A stretch of DNA of 64,000 nucleotides from an uncultured Bacillales bacterium (lineage in GTDB: Bacteria > Bacillota_I > Bacilli_A > RF39 > UBA660). Each line of letters starts with the position of its first letter. Position 1 is the stretch's first letter. The notes beneath the pieces were generated by a model that worked only from the letters and a program-made list of their open reading frames with translations, searched no databases and was not told the DNA's origin. The translations under genes and the position numbers were made by a program. Where the stretch lies: the NCBI GenBank assembly GCA_946410555.1, contig CAMKAT010000003.1, positions 5,007 to 69,006 of the forward strand, given 5' to 3'. Shown here piece by piece: positions 16,274 to 25,600 of the stretch.

Positions 16274-17662
16274 CTATTGTCTAATTATTTCTTTCTTAAC
16301 AATTATAAAATCTTTACTTACATCCACAATGTCTGCACCACAGGATATACATTTTTGACTTGCTGAATCATTAAGTGGAGCACCACAGTTTGGACATTTA
16401 TCTAACTTTTTATCATCAATACCTTTTTCTAAATATAATCTATAAGAAACCATATTTTCTTCTTTGTTTCCTCTGACCACTTTATTCTTATCAGTATTAA
16501 TAATGTAATCTCTTTGAGTAACAATAAGTTCTAAACTTATATATAATTTCTTGTTATTTATAGAATAATCACGGATAGTACCACCAATGTATTTAATGTC
16601 TTCCATTACATTTCTTTGATTTTTAATTTTTAATGTATCTAATTGTAATTTATAGTTATTATATAATTCATCAGATACAAGCTTACGCATTTCTTCATAA
16701 TCAAAGTTACTCCATGCATATTGAAGATTCTCATAAACCTCAAATGCTTTATTAATAATATTTTCTTTAGTTAAGTTTTCATCTATTGATAAAAGATCTT
16801 CAATAAAGATTTCATGATTATTAGTATTTTTATAATCTACAAGTTTAGTATTAAACTTAACTTCTTCAGTATCTATATTAACATCTAATCCTAAGAAATA
16901 TGAGTAAAGTTTATAATTTGAATCACCAGAAATAATATATTTCTTGTCATCAATATAATAACTAGTTTCTTTAGCAGTTAAAGAAACATCCATATTAATA
17001 TTTCTATCAATTAAATTAATTGAATTTATATAAACACTTTTAACTTCATCGACACTAATAATATGGTATTCTTTTTTAGTGTCAAAAGAATGAAATCTTA
17101 ATTTATAAAATTCATATAAATTGTCAGAGGTGATCTTTCTAATTTCATCTAAATTATGATTTGAATAACACTTTTGTAATTTGATATATGCTTCCTTTAT
17201 TAAACTAATAAGTTTTCTTCTATCAAGAGAGCTATTTAACTCAGCGATTTTTTCAAATGTTCCTTCGATTTTTTCCCTTTTTATTCTTTCTTGAGCAAGT
17301 ACTCTACTTTGTTCTCTTCTTTCTGATTCAATACGTTTTTTATTTTTCATCAAATATTTGATTTCATCCATTTTTCTTTCCATAGCATTAAGAACAGGCA
17401 TCATTAGCACAGTAAGAACTATTACTAATATCATTACAAAAGTCATAGTTGCATCAAAGTGAGGATCATAATAAGTGGAACCTGAGCTTGACCCAGATGA
17501 GCTATATGATGAACCACCTGAATAACTACTAGAACCTCCAGAAGAACCGCCGCTATAACTATAATCAAAACCAGAATCAGCTAAACTGACTCTGGTAATT
17601 ACTACAGTTAATACTAGTACAAAAATAATTAAAGTTTTTGAAATTATTTTTAGTCTATTCAT
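16274..17662 (-). CDS. Membrane protein, paralog of 14879..16261 (Tim44-like x2 + zinc ribbon)
   Basis: 462 aa with ...VSLADSGFDYSYSGGSSGGSSSYSGGSSYSSSGSSSGS..., a TM and a basic coiled segment. It carries the same LQYAWSNFDYEEMRKLVSDELYN block and ends CPNCGAPLNDSASQKCISCGADI. Confidence 0.6.
   Translation of the reverse strand: MNRLKIISKTLIIFVLVLTVVITRVSLADSGFDYSYSGGSSGGSSSYSGGSSYSSSGSSSGSTYYDPHFDATMTFVMILVIVLTVLMMPVLNAMERKMDEIKYLMKNKKRIESERREQSRVLAQERIKREKIEGTFEKIAELNSSLDRRKLISLIKEAYIKLQKCYSNHNLDEIRKITSDNLYEFYKLRFHSFDTKKEYHIISVDEVKSVYINSINLIDRNINMDVSLTAKETSYYIDDKKYIISGDSNYKLYSYFLGLDVNIDTEEVKFNTKLVDYKNTNNHEIFIEDLLSIDENLTKENIINKAFEVYENLQYAWSNFDYEEMRKLVSDELYNNYKLQLDTLKIKNQRNVMEDIKYIGGTIRDYSINNKKLYISLELIVTQRDYIINTDKNKVVRGNKEENMVSYRLYLEKGIDDKKLDKCPNCGAPLNDSASQKCISCGADIVDVSKDFIIVKKEIIRQ
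16656..16725 (-). repeat. Partner of the 15258..15328 identity island
   Basis: See the partner entry. It encodes LQYAWSNFDYEEMRKLVSDELYN in both paralogs. Confidence 0.7.
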
Positions 17663-17670
17663 ATTAATCC

Positions 17671-19491
17671 CTACATGTTATTTTTAAATTTATCTATTCG
17701 TTTAATTAAATAAATGACTCCGGCTATTAAAGTTATTAATAAAAGACATATAAGTAAATTACTTGTTATTCCTGTCTTTGGATTCATTATTTTGTTTGCC
17801 ACTTTTTCTTCAGCATTTGTTGGATCATCAACTTGTGTATCTTCAGTTGATGCTGCATATTCACCTGGTTGTGTTAACATTGTTGGAATTACATATTCCC
17901 ACATAGAAGATCTTCTGTTTGCTACAGTTGGTGTAATACCATTTACATATGCACCATAACCATTATCTACAGGATATTCACTCATTCTATGCCACATCCA
18001 GCTAACATGATATTGAGAAGACACTCTTAAGAATTCGTCAGTATAGTTTTTATAACCACTATAATCATTAAACATTTGTGACATCATACAATATTCACCA
18101 ATAAATATTGGACTACCATATCTTTTAGCTATCGAATCAAGGTTTTGAATAGTTTTTTCAAACTTATTATTACCTGTCATAATAGTGTTTCCAACTTCAT
18201 TAGCTTGAGTTACTTCTCTTACGTTATATCTTAAGTAATATCTACTATTACTTTCAAATTCAGATACATGTACATCCATTTCAACTTGAATAGTTTCACC
18301 AGCATACATACCTAAAACTAAACTTTGAAATTCAGAACCAACTATATCTTTTCCATGAGACATTGTTATTTCATCGAACATACTCTTAATATTGTACATT
18401 TTAAGTTTTTCTGGATCATCATTTTTATTTGCTTCTAGAGCAAGTACTTTTTCGCCATTTACCATTTTGTAAATTCTTAATTCATTTACCTGTAATGTAC
18501 CACTATTAAAGTTTTGTATTTGAACTGCTAACCATGGAATTGTGCAATCTTTTGTACATGAAATTTCAGTAGAAATTGTAAAATCATTTGATGTAACATT
18601 AACATAATCATCTGCATGATAATGTTGATTTGTTTTAGCACCAGTTGCAATACCTACATAAACAATATCTTGGAAAGATTCTTTTTGAGGGCGCGGATAT
18701 ATATGTTTAACATCTAATAAAAAGTTTGAACCTGTTACATCAGGATAAGGATCAATATTCATTGTTTGATAATTATAATTTTCATCTGATTTTCTAATAC
18801 TATTGATTGGTTGAAATGAAATGATAGTTTCTGAATCTATAGCTCTAATTCTTTCAATTGCAGTTTGAAGTAATCCATTATAATAATTTCTTACTCCTGT
18901 TTGAGTTTCAGAACCCTTAATACAAGCAGTTGGTTCATTAACTAACTCATAAGCAAGTACAGATTTATAATCTTTAGATACTGTTGCTAATTTTTCCCAA
19001 AGAAGGAAGAAATCTTCTTCATATGGACTACCATCAGTACTTACTAAACAGAATTGGTTTTCACCTTCAATTTTAACACTGTGAACATTACCATCTTTTA
19101 AACTATGTAAATCTACGATTATATACATACCTACTTCTTCAGCACGTCTTAAATAATCAGTGAATACATCTATATTTGATTGAATAAATTCTTTAGTTTC
19201 AAAATTATAGAATAAATCTCCTCTTAATTGGAATCTAATTGTATTAAATCCAGTTTCTTTAAGAAGTGTTAAAGTTTCAGTTGAAATTCTTTCTTCATTA
19301 AATGTCCCAGCTTGGAATACATTAACTACTGCCATTCCTTTCATAACAAACTCGTTGGAATCACTGTCTACCATTTTTCTATTAACAACTTTAATTTTTT
19401 CTTTACCAACATTTATGTATTGGTATTCTTGAGCATTTACACAAAAAGGCATTAATGTAAAAACTAATAAAGTAAAAATTAATCTTTTCAT
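17671..19491 (-). CDS. GH5-like glycoside hydrolase with NPKTG cell-wall sorting signal (paralog 2)
   Basis: 606 aa with FNTIRFQ, YIIVDLH, AYELVNEP, KHIY, FIGEYC and SWMWH. The C-terminus has NPKTG (17770-17784), a hydrophobic stretch and a KRIDKFK tail. Confidence 0.75.
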   Translation of the reverse strand: MKRLIFTLLVFTLMPFCVNAQEYQYINVGKEKIKVVNRKMVDSDSNEFVMKGMAVVNVFQAGTFNEERISTETLTLLKETGFNTIRFQLRGDLFYNFETKEFIQSNIDVFTDYLRRAEEVGMYIIVDLHSLKDGNVHSVKIEGENQFCLVSTDGSPYEEDFFLLWEKLATVSKDYKSVLAYELVNEPTACIKGSETQTGVRNYYNGLLQTAIERIRAIDSETIISFQPINSIRKSDENYNYQTMNIDPYPDVTGSNFLLDVKHIYPRPQKESFQDIVYVGIATGAKTNQHYHADDYVNVTSNDFTISTEISCTKDCTIPWLAVQIQNFNSGTLQVNELRIYKMVNGEKVLALEANKNDDPEKLKMYNIKSMFDEITMSHGKDIVGSEFQSLVLGMYAGETIQVEMDVHVSEFESNSRYYLRYNVREVTQANEVGNTIMTGNNKFEKTIQNLDSIAKRYGSPIFIGEYCMMSQMFNDYSGYKNYTDEFLRVSSQYHVSWMWHRMSEYPVDNGYGAYVNGITPTVANRRSSMWEYVIPTMLTQPGEYAASTEDTQVDDPTNAEEKVANKIMNPKTGITSNLLICLLLITLIAGVIYLIKRIDKFKNNM

Positions 19492-19515
19492 ATATACTCT
19501 CCCTATTCTTTTAAA

Positions 19516-19524
19516 ATTATATCA
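19516..19524 (-). promoter_or_regulatory. Extended -10 promoter (TGATATAAT) for the GH5 paralog 2 / Tim44-like operon
   Basis: The minus strand reads TTTATGATATAATTTTAAAAGAATAGGGAGAGTATATATG, downstream of the terminator at 19563-19585. Confidence 0.5.
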
Positions 19525-19562
19525 TAAATAAAAGAATTATTCTTGTTACTTAAATAAAAAAA

Positions 19563-19585
19563 GAAAATAATTTTTAATTATTCTC
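19563..19585 (-). terminator. Rho-independent terminator after GT4 gene
   Basis: On the minus strand, GAGAATAATT-aaa-AATTATTTTC (one G-U pair) is followed by TTTTTTTATTT. It overlaps the end of the CDS. Confidence 0.55.
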
Positions 19586-20749
19586 CTTCTCATATTTATC
19601 AATCAATTCTAAATAATATTCATAAGTATTTTTTGAAATTTCATCCCAAGTTTTACCTAACATTTTATGGGCATTTTTACTAACTTCTTTATGTTTTTTT
19701 TCATGCTCAAGCACTTCTTTGATTTTATCTTTAAAAATTACATTATCAAGTTCACATGTGTAACCGCTTACATTATTGTCTACAGTATCTGCGGTAACAG
19801 AGTCTTCAATAAATAATCCTGGAGTTTCATTAACTGCTGCTTCTATTTGTACTAAGCTTGATGCATCAAATAATGATGGAAACAAAAATAAATCTGCCAT
19901 TTTATAATAAGCTGATAATTCTTTTCTATCTTTTATTTCACCAGTTAGAATTACTCTATCTTCTAGATTATACTCTTTAACTTTACTTTCTAACTTTTTA
20001 AAGTCAGAGCCTGTACCTACATAAAACATTTTAAAGTTATAATTGTCTTCTTTAAGTAGTTTAATAGAATCAAGGATAAAGAATATATTTTTTACTGAAG
20101 TTATTCTTCCAACGAATAAAAGAATCTTTTCATTAGTTAAATTATATTTTTTCTTTAAAGAATTAACTAAAGAAAGATCATCAAGTGGTTTAAGATCAGT
20201 TCCGTTATAAATAATTCTTGGAGTTTTTTTATAACCATAATCTTTAAATACTTTAATCATCTTAGAGTTAATAGCAATTCCTGCATAACACTTATTAAAT
20301 GTCTTTATTATTTTCTTAATAATAAGTTTATTAATAGTTTCATTCTTTGTTACTTTTCTAATTTCAAAATCAAATCTAGTATGCATAGTACATACTGATG
20401 GTATATTTAAGTCTTTAGCTAAATCAGTTCCTAATTTACCTATAGTAAATGGAGAATGAATATGAATAATATCAAACTTTTCATCAAGAAGTTTTTTATA
20501 TTCTTTTGAATGTTTAAGTGATGGTATACCTAACCTATAGTCAGAAAAAGGTACATCAATACTTTTAATTCTAATTATTTTATATGGTTTATTTTTATCT
20601 TCATCGATAGTATTAGTATAAGGAACTACTAAAACTACATCATTAGTTTTAGATAATTCTTTACATAAGTTATCTATTACTAGTACTACTCCATCAATTG
20701 CAGGATAATAACTATCCATAAATATTCCTATTTTAAGTCTTTTCTTCAT
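19574..20749 (-). CDS. Family 4 (GT-B) glycosyltransferase
   Basis: 391 aa with an N-terminal GIFMDSYYPAIDGV and the C-terminal EX7E region FPSLFDASSLVQIEAAVNETPG. Confidence 0.8.
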   Translation of the reverse strand: MKKRLKIGIFMDSYYPAIDGVVLVIDNLCKELSKTNDVVLVVPYTNTIDEDKNKPYKIIRIKSIDVPFSDYRLGIPSLKHSKEYKKLLDEKFDIIHIHSPFTIGKLGTDLAKDLNIPSVCTMHTRFDFEIRKVTKNETINKLIIKKIIKTFNKCYAGIAINSKMIKVFKDYGYKKTPRIIYNGTDLKPLDDLSLVNSLKKKYNLTNEKILLFVGRITSVKNIFFILDSIKLLKEDNYNFKMFYVGTGSDFKKLESKVKEYNLEDRVILTGEIKDRKELSAYYKMADLFLFPSLFDASSLVQIEAAVNETPGLFIEDSVTADTVDNNVSGYTCELDNVIFKDKIKEVLEHEKKHKEVSKNAHKMLGKTWDEISKNTYEYYLELIDKYEKENN

Positions 20750-20758
20750 ATAATCACC

Positions 20759-21961
20759 TTACATCTTAAAATACTTAATTATAAACTTTGTAACATCATC
20801 ACTAGATTCAACACTAATAGTACCATTATTCTTTTCGATAATAGTCTTAGCTAAAGGTAAACCTATTCCTATTGAATCTTTATTAGAGTTTTTGCTCTTA
20901 TAGAATCTTTCAAAGATATGTTTTATATCTTTAGGATCAATTGTTTCTCCATAATTAATAACAGTTATACTTGAATAAACATTATTTTCATCAAAGATGA
21001 TATCTACTTTTGAGTCTTCTTTAGAATGCTCAATTGCATTCTTAACAATGTTAGTTATTGCTTCTTTTTGCCATAAAGGATCTATATTAATATCCTCTTT
21101 AAATAAACCCTCTACTTTGATAGATACATTCTTTAAGTCACTAATTAACTCTACATTTTTAATAGATGAGTTAACTAATTCTTTAAGACTTGTATTCTTA
21201 TTATTAAATTCAATAGTATTAGATTCAAACTTAGATAGTTTTAGTATGTTTTGAACTAAGAAATTAATATTCATAGTTTCTTTTTTAATATCACCAATAA
21301 ATTCTTGTTTTGTTTCTTCATCCATCTCTCTATTATCTATGATATTATCTAGCATAATTAATATACTAGTAAGTGGAGTCTTAAGTTGATGTGAAATATC
21401 TTCAAGTGAATTTTTAAGTTCTCTCCTTGCATGATCACTATTCTCTGACTCTTCTTTTAAATATATCATTGTCTTATAAATTTCATTCTTTAGAATAGAC
21501 AATTCATCTTCAGTTAAATCATCAATCTTTAAATCATAATTCTTTTTATTTATTTCTTTAATTATATTTATTACTCCATTTATTTCTTTTTCTTTTCTAT
21601 AGTTATAAATAGTAAATATAATAAATAATAAACATAATGGAGATATAAATAGTAATACAGTAACAATTATATTAGTATTAAACTTTTTATTATTAATATT
21701 TATGTATGAATTAGTTCTTGAAGTATATTTTTTAAGTACGCTATCATTATTATCTTTTAAAAGATTACTAACTAAATCTTCTTCATTTACTTCAGGATAT
21801 AATTCTTTTACATTAGAAATTACATCATCAATTTTTTCATTATAATAATAACTATATGTTTTATATGAATATATATTAAAAATAATAAATGATATTAGGC
21901 AAATAATACTTACAATAACACTTATTATTAAATACTTTTTATAGAAAATATTATTCTTCAT
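20759..21961 (-). CDS. Sensor histidine kinase (two TM, ~65-aa external loop)
   Basis: H-box SHQLKTPLTSI and a HATPase region ...IGIGLPLAKTIIEKNNGTISVES. It overlaps the response-regulator gene by 11 nt. Confidence 0.85.
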   Translation of the reverse strand: MKNNIFYKKYLIISVIVSIICLISFIIFNIYSYKTYSYYYNEKIDDVISNVKELYPEVNEEDLVSNLLKDNNDSVLKKYTSRTNSYININNKKFNTNIIVTVLLFISPLCLLFIIFTIYNYRKEKEINGVINIIKEINKKNYDLKIDDLTEDELSILKNEIYKTMIYLKEESENSDHARRELKNSLEDISHQLKTPLTSILIMLDNIIDNREMDEETKQEFIGDIKKETMNINFLVQNILKLSKFESNTIEFNNKNTSLKELVNSSIKNVELISDLKNVSIKVEGLFKEDINIDPLWQKEAITNIVKNAIEHSKEDSKVDIIFDENNVYSSITVINYGETIDPKDIKHIFERFYKSKNSNKDSIGIGLPLAKTIIEKNNGTISVESSDDVTKFIIKYFKM

Positions 21962-22607
21962 TTAATCTATAACCTATTCCTTTGACTGTTTTAATTGATG
22001 TTTCTCCAAGTTTTTCTCTGATTCTTTTTAAATAAACAGTAACTGTATGATCATCAATATAATTACCCGTCCATTCAAATACTTTGTCGAGAATGTTATC
22101 CCTGGAAACAACTGAGCCTTTATTTAAAAATAGTAAGTTAACTATTTTCAATTCTAATGGAGATAGTTCGACTTCTTTATCATCTTTAAGAAGTTTCATT
22201 GATTCAATATCATATTTTAAATTATTTATAGTTATTATTGTTTTCTTTTTATTTCTGAGTAGTATTTTATTTATTCTTGCAAGTAGTTCTTTAGTACTAA
22301 ATGGTTTAGTAATATAATCTTCAGCACCAAGATCTAAACCCTTAACAACATTGTTTTCATCATCTAAGGCAGTTAAGAATATAACAGGTATATCTTTATC
22401 CTTTAATGAATTATTAAAGAAATCAAAACCATTACCATCAGGAAGTGTTACATCTAGAACTATTAAATCAATATTTGAGTTATTTAATAAATAATTCTTA
22501 GCATCTAAGATACTAGATTTATAACTTAAATTATAATTAGTATTTTTAAATGCATATATAAGTCCTTTGATAATCATTTCATTATCTTCGATAAGTAAAA
22601 TATTCAT
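21951..22607 (-). CDS. OmpR/PhoB-family response regulator
   Basis: Receiver domain (LIVLDVTLPDGNG, ..TALDD.., K in ITKPF) plus winged-helix ...DDHTVTVYLKRIREKL...VKGIGYRL. Confidence 0.9.
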   Translation of the reverse strand: MNILLIEDNEMIIKGLIYAFKNTNYNLSYKSSILDAKNYLLNNSNIDLIVLDVTLPDGNGFDFFNNSLKDKDIPVIFLTALDDENNVVKGLDLGAEDYITKPFSTKELLARINKILLRNKKKTIITINNLKYDIESMKLLKDDKEVELSPLELKIVNLLFLNKGSVVSRDNILDKVFEWTGNYIDDHTVTVYLKRIREKLGETSIKTVKGIGYRLNEE

Positions 22608-22622
22608 ACTACCACCTTTTAA

Positions 22623-22631
22623 ATTATATCA
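22623..22631 (-). promoter_or_regulatory. Extended -10 promoter (TGATATAAT) for the response regulator / kinase / GT4 unit
   Basis: The minus strand reads ATATGATATAATTTAAAAGGTGGTAGTATG, downstream of the terminator at 22656-22674. Confidence 0.5.
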
Positions 22632-22655
22632 TATATTTTAATAAGCAAATAAAAA

Positions 22656-22674
22656 GACAACACTAAGTGTTGTC
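22656..22674 (-). terminator. Rho-independent terminator ending the giant-paralog operon
   Basis: Stem GACAACAC/GTGTTGTC with loop TAA, then TTTTTATTT on the minus strand. It lies 3 nt after the stop of 22678..26484. Confidence 0.8.
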
Positions 22675-22677
22675 AAT

Positions 22678-25600
22678 TTATAAAGATTTAGTTTTACCTT
22701 TATAGTAATTATATAATTTAGATACATCACTTAAATTAACTGAACTAGAATTATTAACTTTTGCAGCTTTTAAGTAATTACCAGTTAAAGTAGTTTTACC
22801 TTTATAGTAGTTATATATCTTAGATACATCACTTAAGTTAATATAACCATCTCCAGTTACATCTCCGATAAGTACAAGTTTATATTCTGCGTTTCCAACT
22901 TTAACTGTAGTATCAGTACCAATAGCTATATTAGTGGTAATTTCAGTTCCGTTTTTAATAACTTTTATTTGATCTGTTGCTGTAATATTATTAACAAAAT
23001 CATTTCTTAAAAGCGTTTTAACAACTGGACTTACTTTAATAGTAGTAGTATCAATTGTATACTTGTTTGATGTTACTGGTGATACCTCACTATTAATACT
23101 ATTCTTAAGATGATCTACGATCATACTAGCTATTTTAACAAATCCATAATCACCAGGGTGACCCGCAATTCCATCGTTTGTTACATATAAAGTTGATCTA
23201 TTAACGTCATAGTATTTAGCTCCCATGAATGAATTTTCTCTAGCACTACTTTTGTTATATTGAATTACTTCAATATTATTGTTATCTGCAACTTCTTGCA
23301 TCTCACCAATTGTGTATACATTAACTTTAGTGTTATACATAACATAAATCTTTGCTTCCGGATATGCTTTAATAAATTCTTTTAAGAAGTAGTCAAAGTC
23401 AGATTTGAATGTTGCTCTTCGATCTTCAAAACTTCCAACATTTTCTCCAAGTTGAAGGAATACTGTTTTAGTTGGAAGATTAGGATCGATAAGTCCGTTA
23501 AACTCATCAATTATTTCTTGAGTTTTTTCTTTTCTTAACTCTGGAGTGACTGCAGATTCCCAACGGTTAACTGTAGTTCTTACAGGTTTAATATTTGGAT
23601 TTAAACTCTTTAAGTATTGAGTAACATAATAATAGTAGTCATACTCTATGTCAGTTGCAGCCATACCTTGAGAACCAAATCCTTTAGTATAAGAGTTTCC
23701 TAAGACAATTACATTTTGAGCTTCGATTGCTTTAGAGTCTTTGTTAGTATTAAATCCAAGAAGTTTAACATCCATCTTAGCATCACTAACTGTATGATTA
23801 GTAATATCAATACTAACTCCATCCATTAGGAATTCTCTTTTATATTTATCTACGAATCTATATTTAGCACCTGTGATTACATTATCACTATTACTTAATG
23901 TTTTAACTTCATAAGAACCACTATCACCATAATGAAGTTCATCAAATAATACTATATAATTTTTACCATCACCTTGGATTAAAGGTCTATAGTTTTTTAG
24001 TGGTATATAATATAGATTAGCTCCATAAGTACTCTTCATATTTTCAATAATAGATTCAAATGAAGATGGACCAAATAATTGGAATCCAACTGGACTTACA
24101 GTAGTAATAACTGTTACATCTGTTGGTAATGTAAATGATTCATTTGGAATTACTAATTTATTAAAGTTAGGTAAATCTTTAAGAGCTCCAATTTCTGCGG
24201 TAGTAATATTAGCACCTAAGACAACTGACTCAAGATACTTACAGTTCTTTAAAACAATTTCACTAAGTTTTGTAACCTTAGATGGAAATACTATAACTCT
24301 AAGTCTTGGGTTACTCATGAATGCACCAGTATTAATATTCTCTACTGATTCAGGAATATTAATAGCATCTATATATGTATAAGAAAGTGCATATGAATCA
24401 ATCGTAGTAACTAAATCACCTTCGAATGTAATGGATGTAAAGTAAGGAGATCCTCCTAACCAATTTGATGGATTAGAGAAATTGTAAGGAATCTTTGTTA
24501 CTTTAGGACCTATATAAAGTTTAATTCCTGTAGACTTCTTACCTACCATATAAAGACTCATGTTATTTGTTTTTAAACTTTTTAAACTCTTAGCATTAAA
24601 ATGGAATTCTTGTACATAGAATAAATTTGTAAATGCATAAGTACCTATATAAGTAACATTTTCATCTATAACTACTTTACTTATGTAACCCTTATATTGA
24701 TTCCAAGGAGTTTCAGATGCAGCATTATAATCTGCCATATCTCCAGACCCTGAGATTGTAAGAGTTCTTTTACTCAAATTAATTGTATAAGTAGCATTTC
24801 CTGTTGTTCCTGTAACTGTATTAGTAGGATTACTACTTGAATCATCATAAATTACAAACTCATTATCTTTTAACATTCCTTCGTTATATTTAAGTTGTTT
24901 ATTATAATCAAATAAAATCTTTTGAGTATCGTTTGAATAAATATATCCAAACAATCTACCGTTATAATTATAGAATTTATTATTTCTAATGATTGGTAAT
25001 GATTCAGCATTACTTGCGGATATATGTAACATGACTGGACCAACATATGTAGTATCATCTGGTTTTAAATTAACATTTGTTGTATCAAATATATTATTCT
25101 CAATAATATATTCTCCATTATGTTCAACCACGTTCTTTGTTTCACTAGAAACATCCCAAGCTTTTATTAATGCTTCAGTATGTCTTGGTCTTGTTTCTGT
25201 ATAACCATATCCTGAAGTTCTTAAGATATTATTTTTGATATACATTTGATTTATATATGTTTGATTAGTATATTTTGTTTCACTTGTTTCTCTAGTTTCA
25301 TTCCAATACTCAATTGCATAAGCACAATTTTCAATAACATTACCATCGAATGTCGCTTTTTCAACCTTTGATGCATGACCAGCATCAGCCGTATATTGGA
25401 AAGTTAATCCTGCATCATATATTTCATAAACATAATTGTTTTTAAGTACAAATCCATCTTTAACTGGATAACCAGTACGACTCTTTACTTCTCCATAGAT
25501 TTCTACTCCATTACCTAACCTTGTAGGTCTTCCATCATCATTATAGTATTGTTTCATACCTCCGATATAAGCAATTTCACAATTACTAATAGTTAGATTA

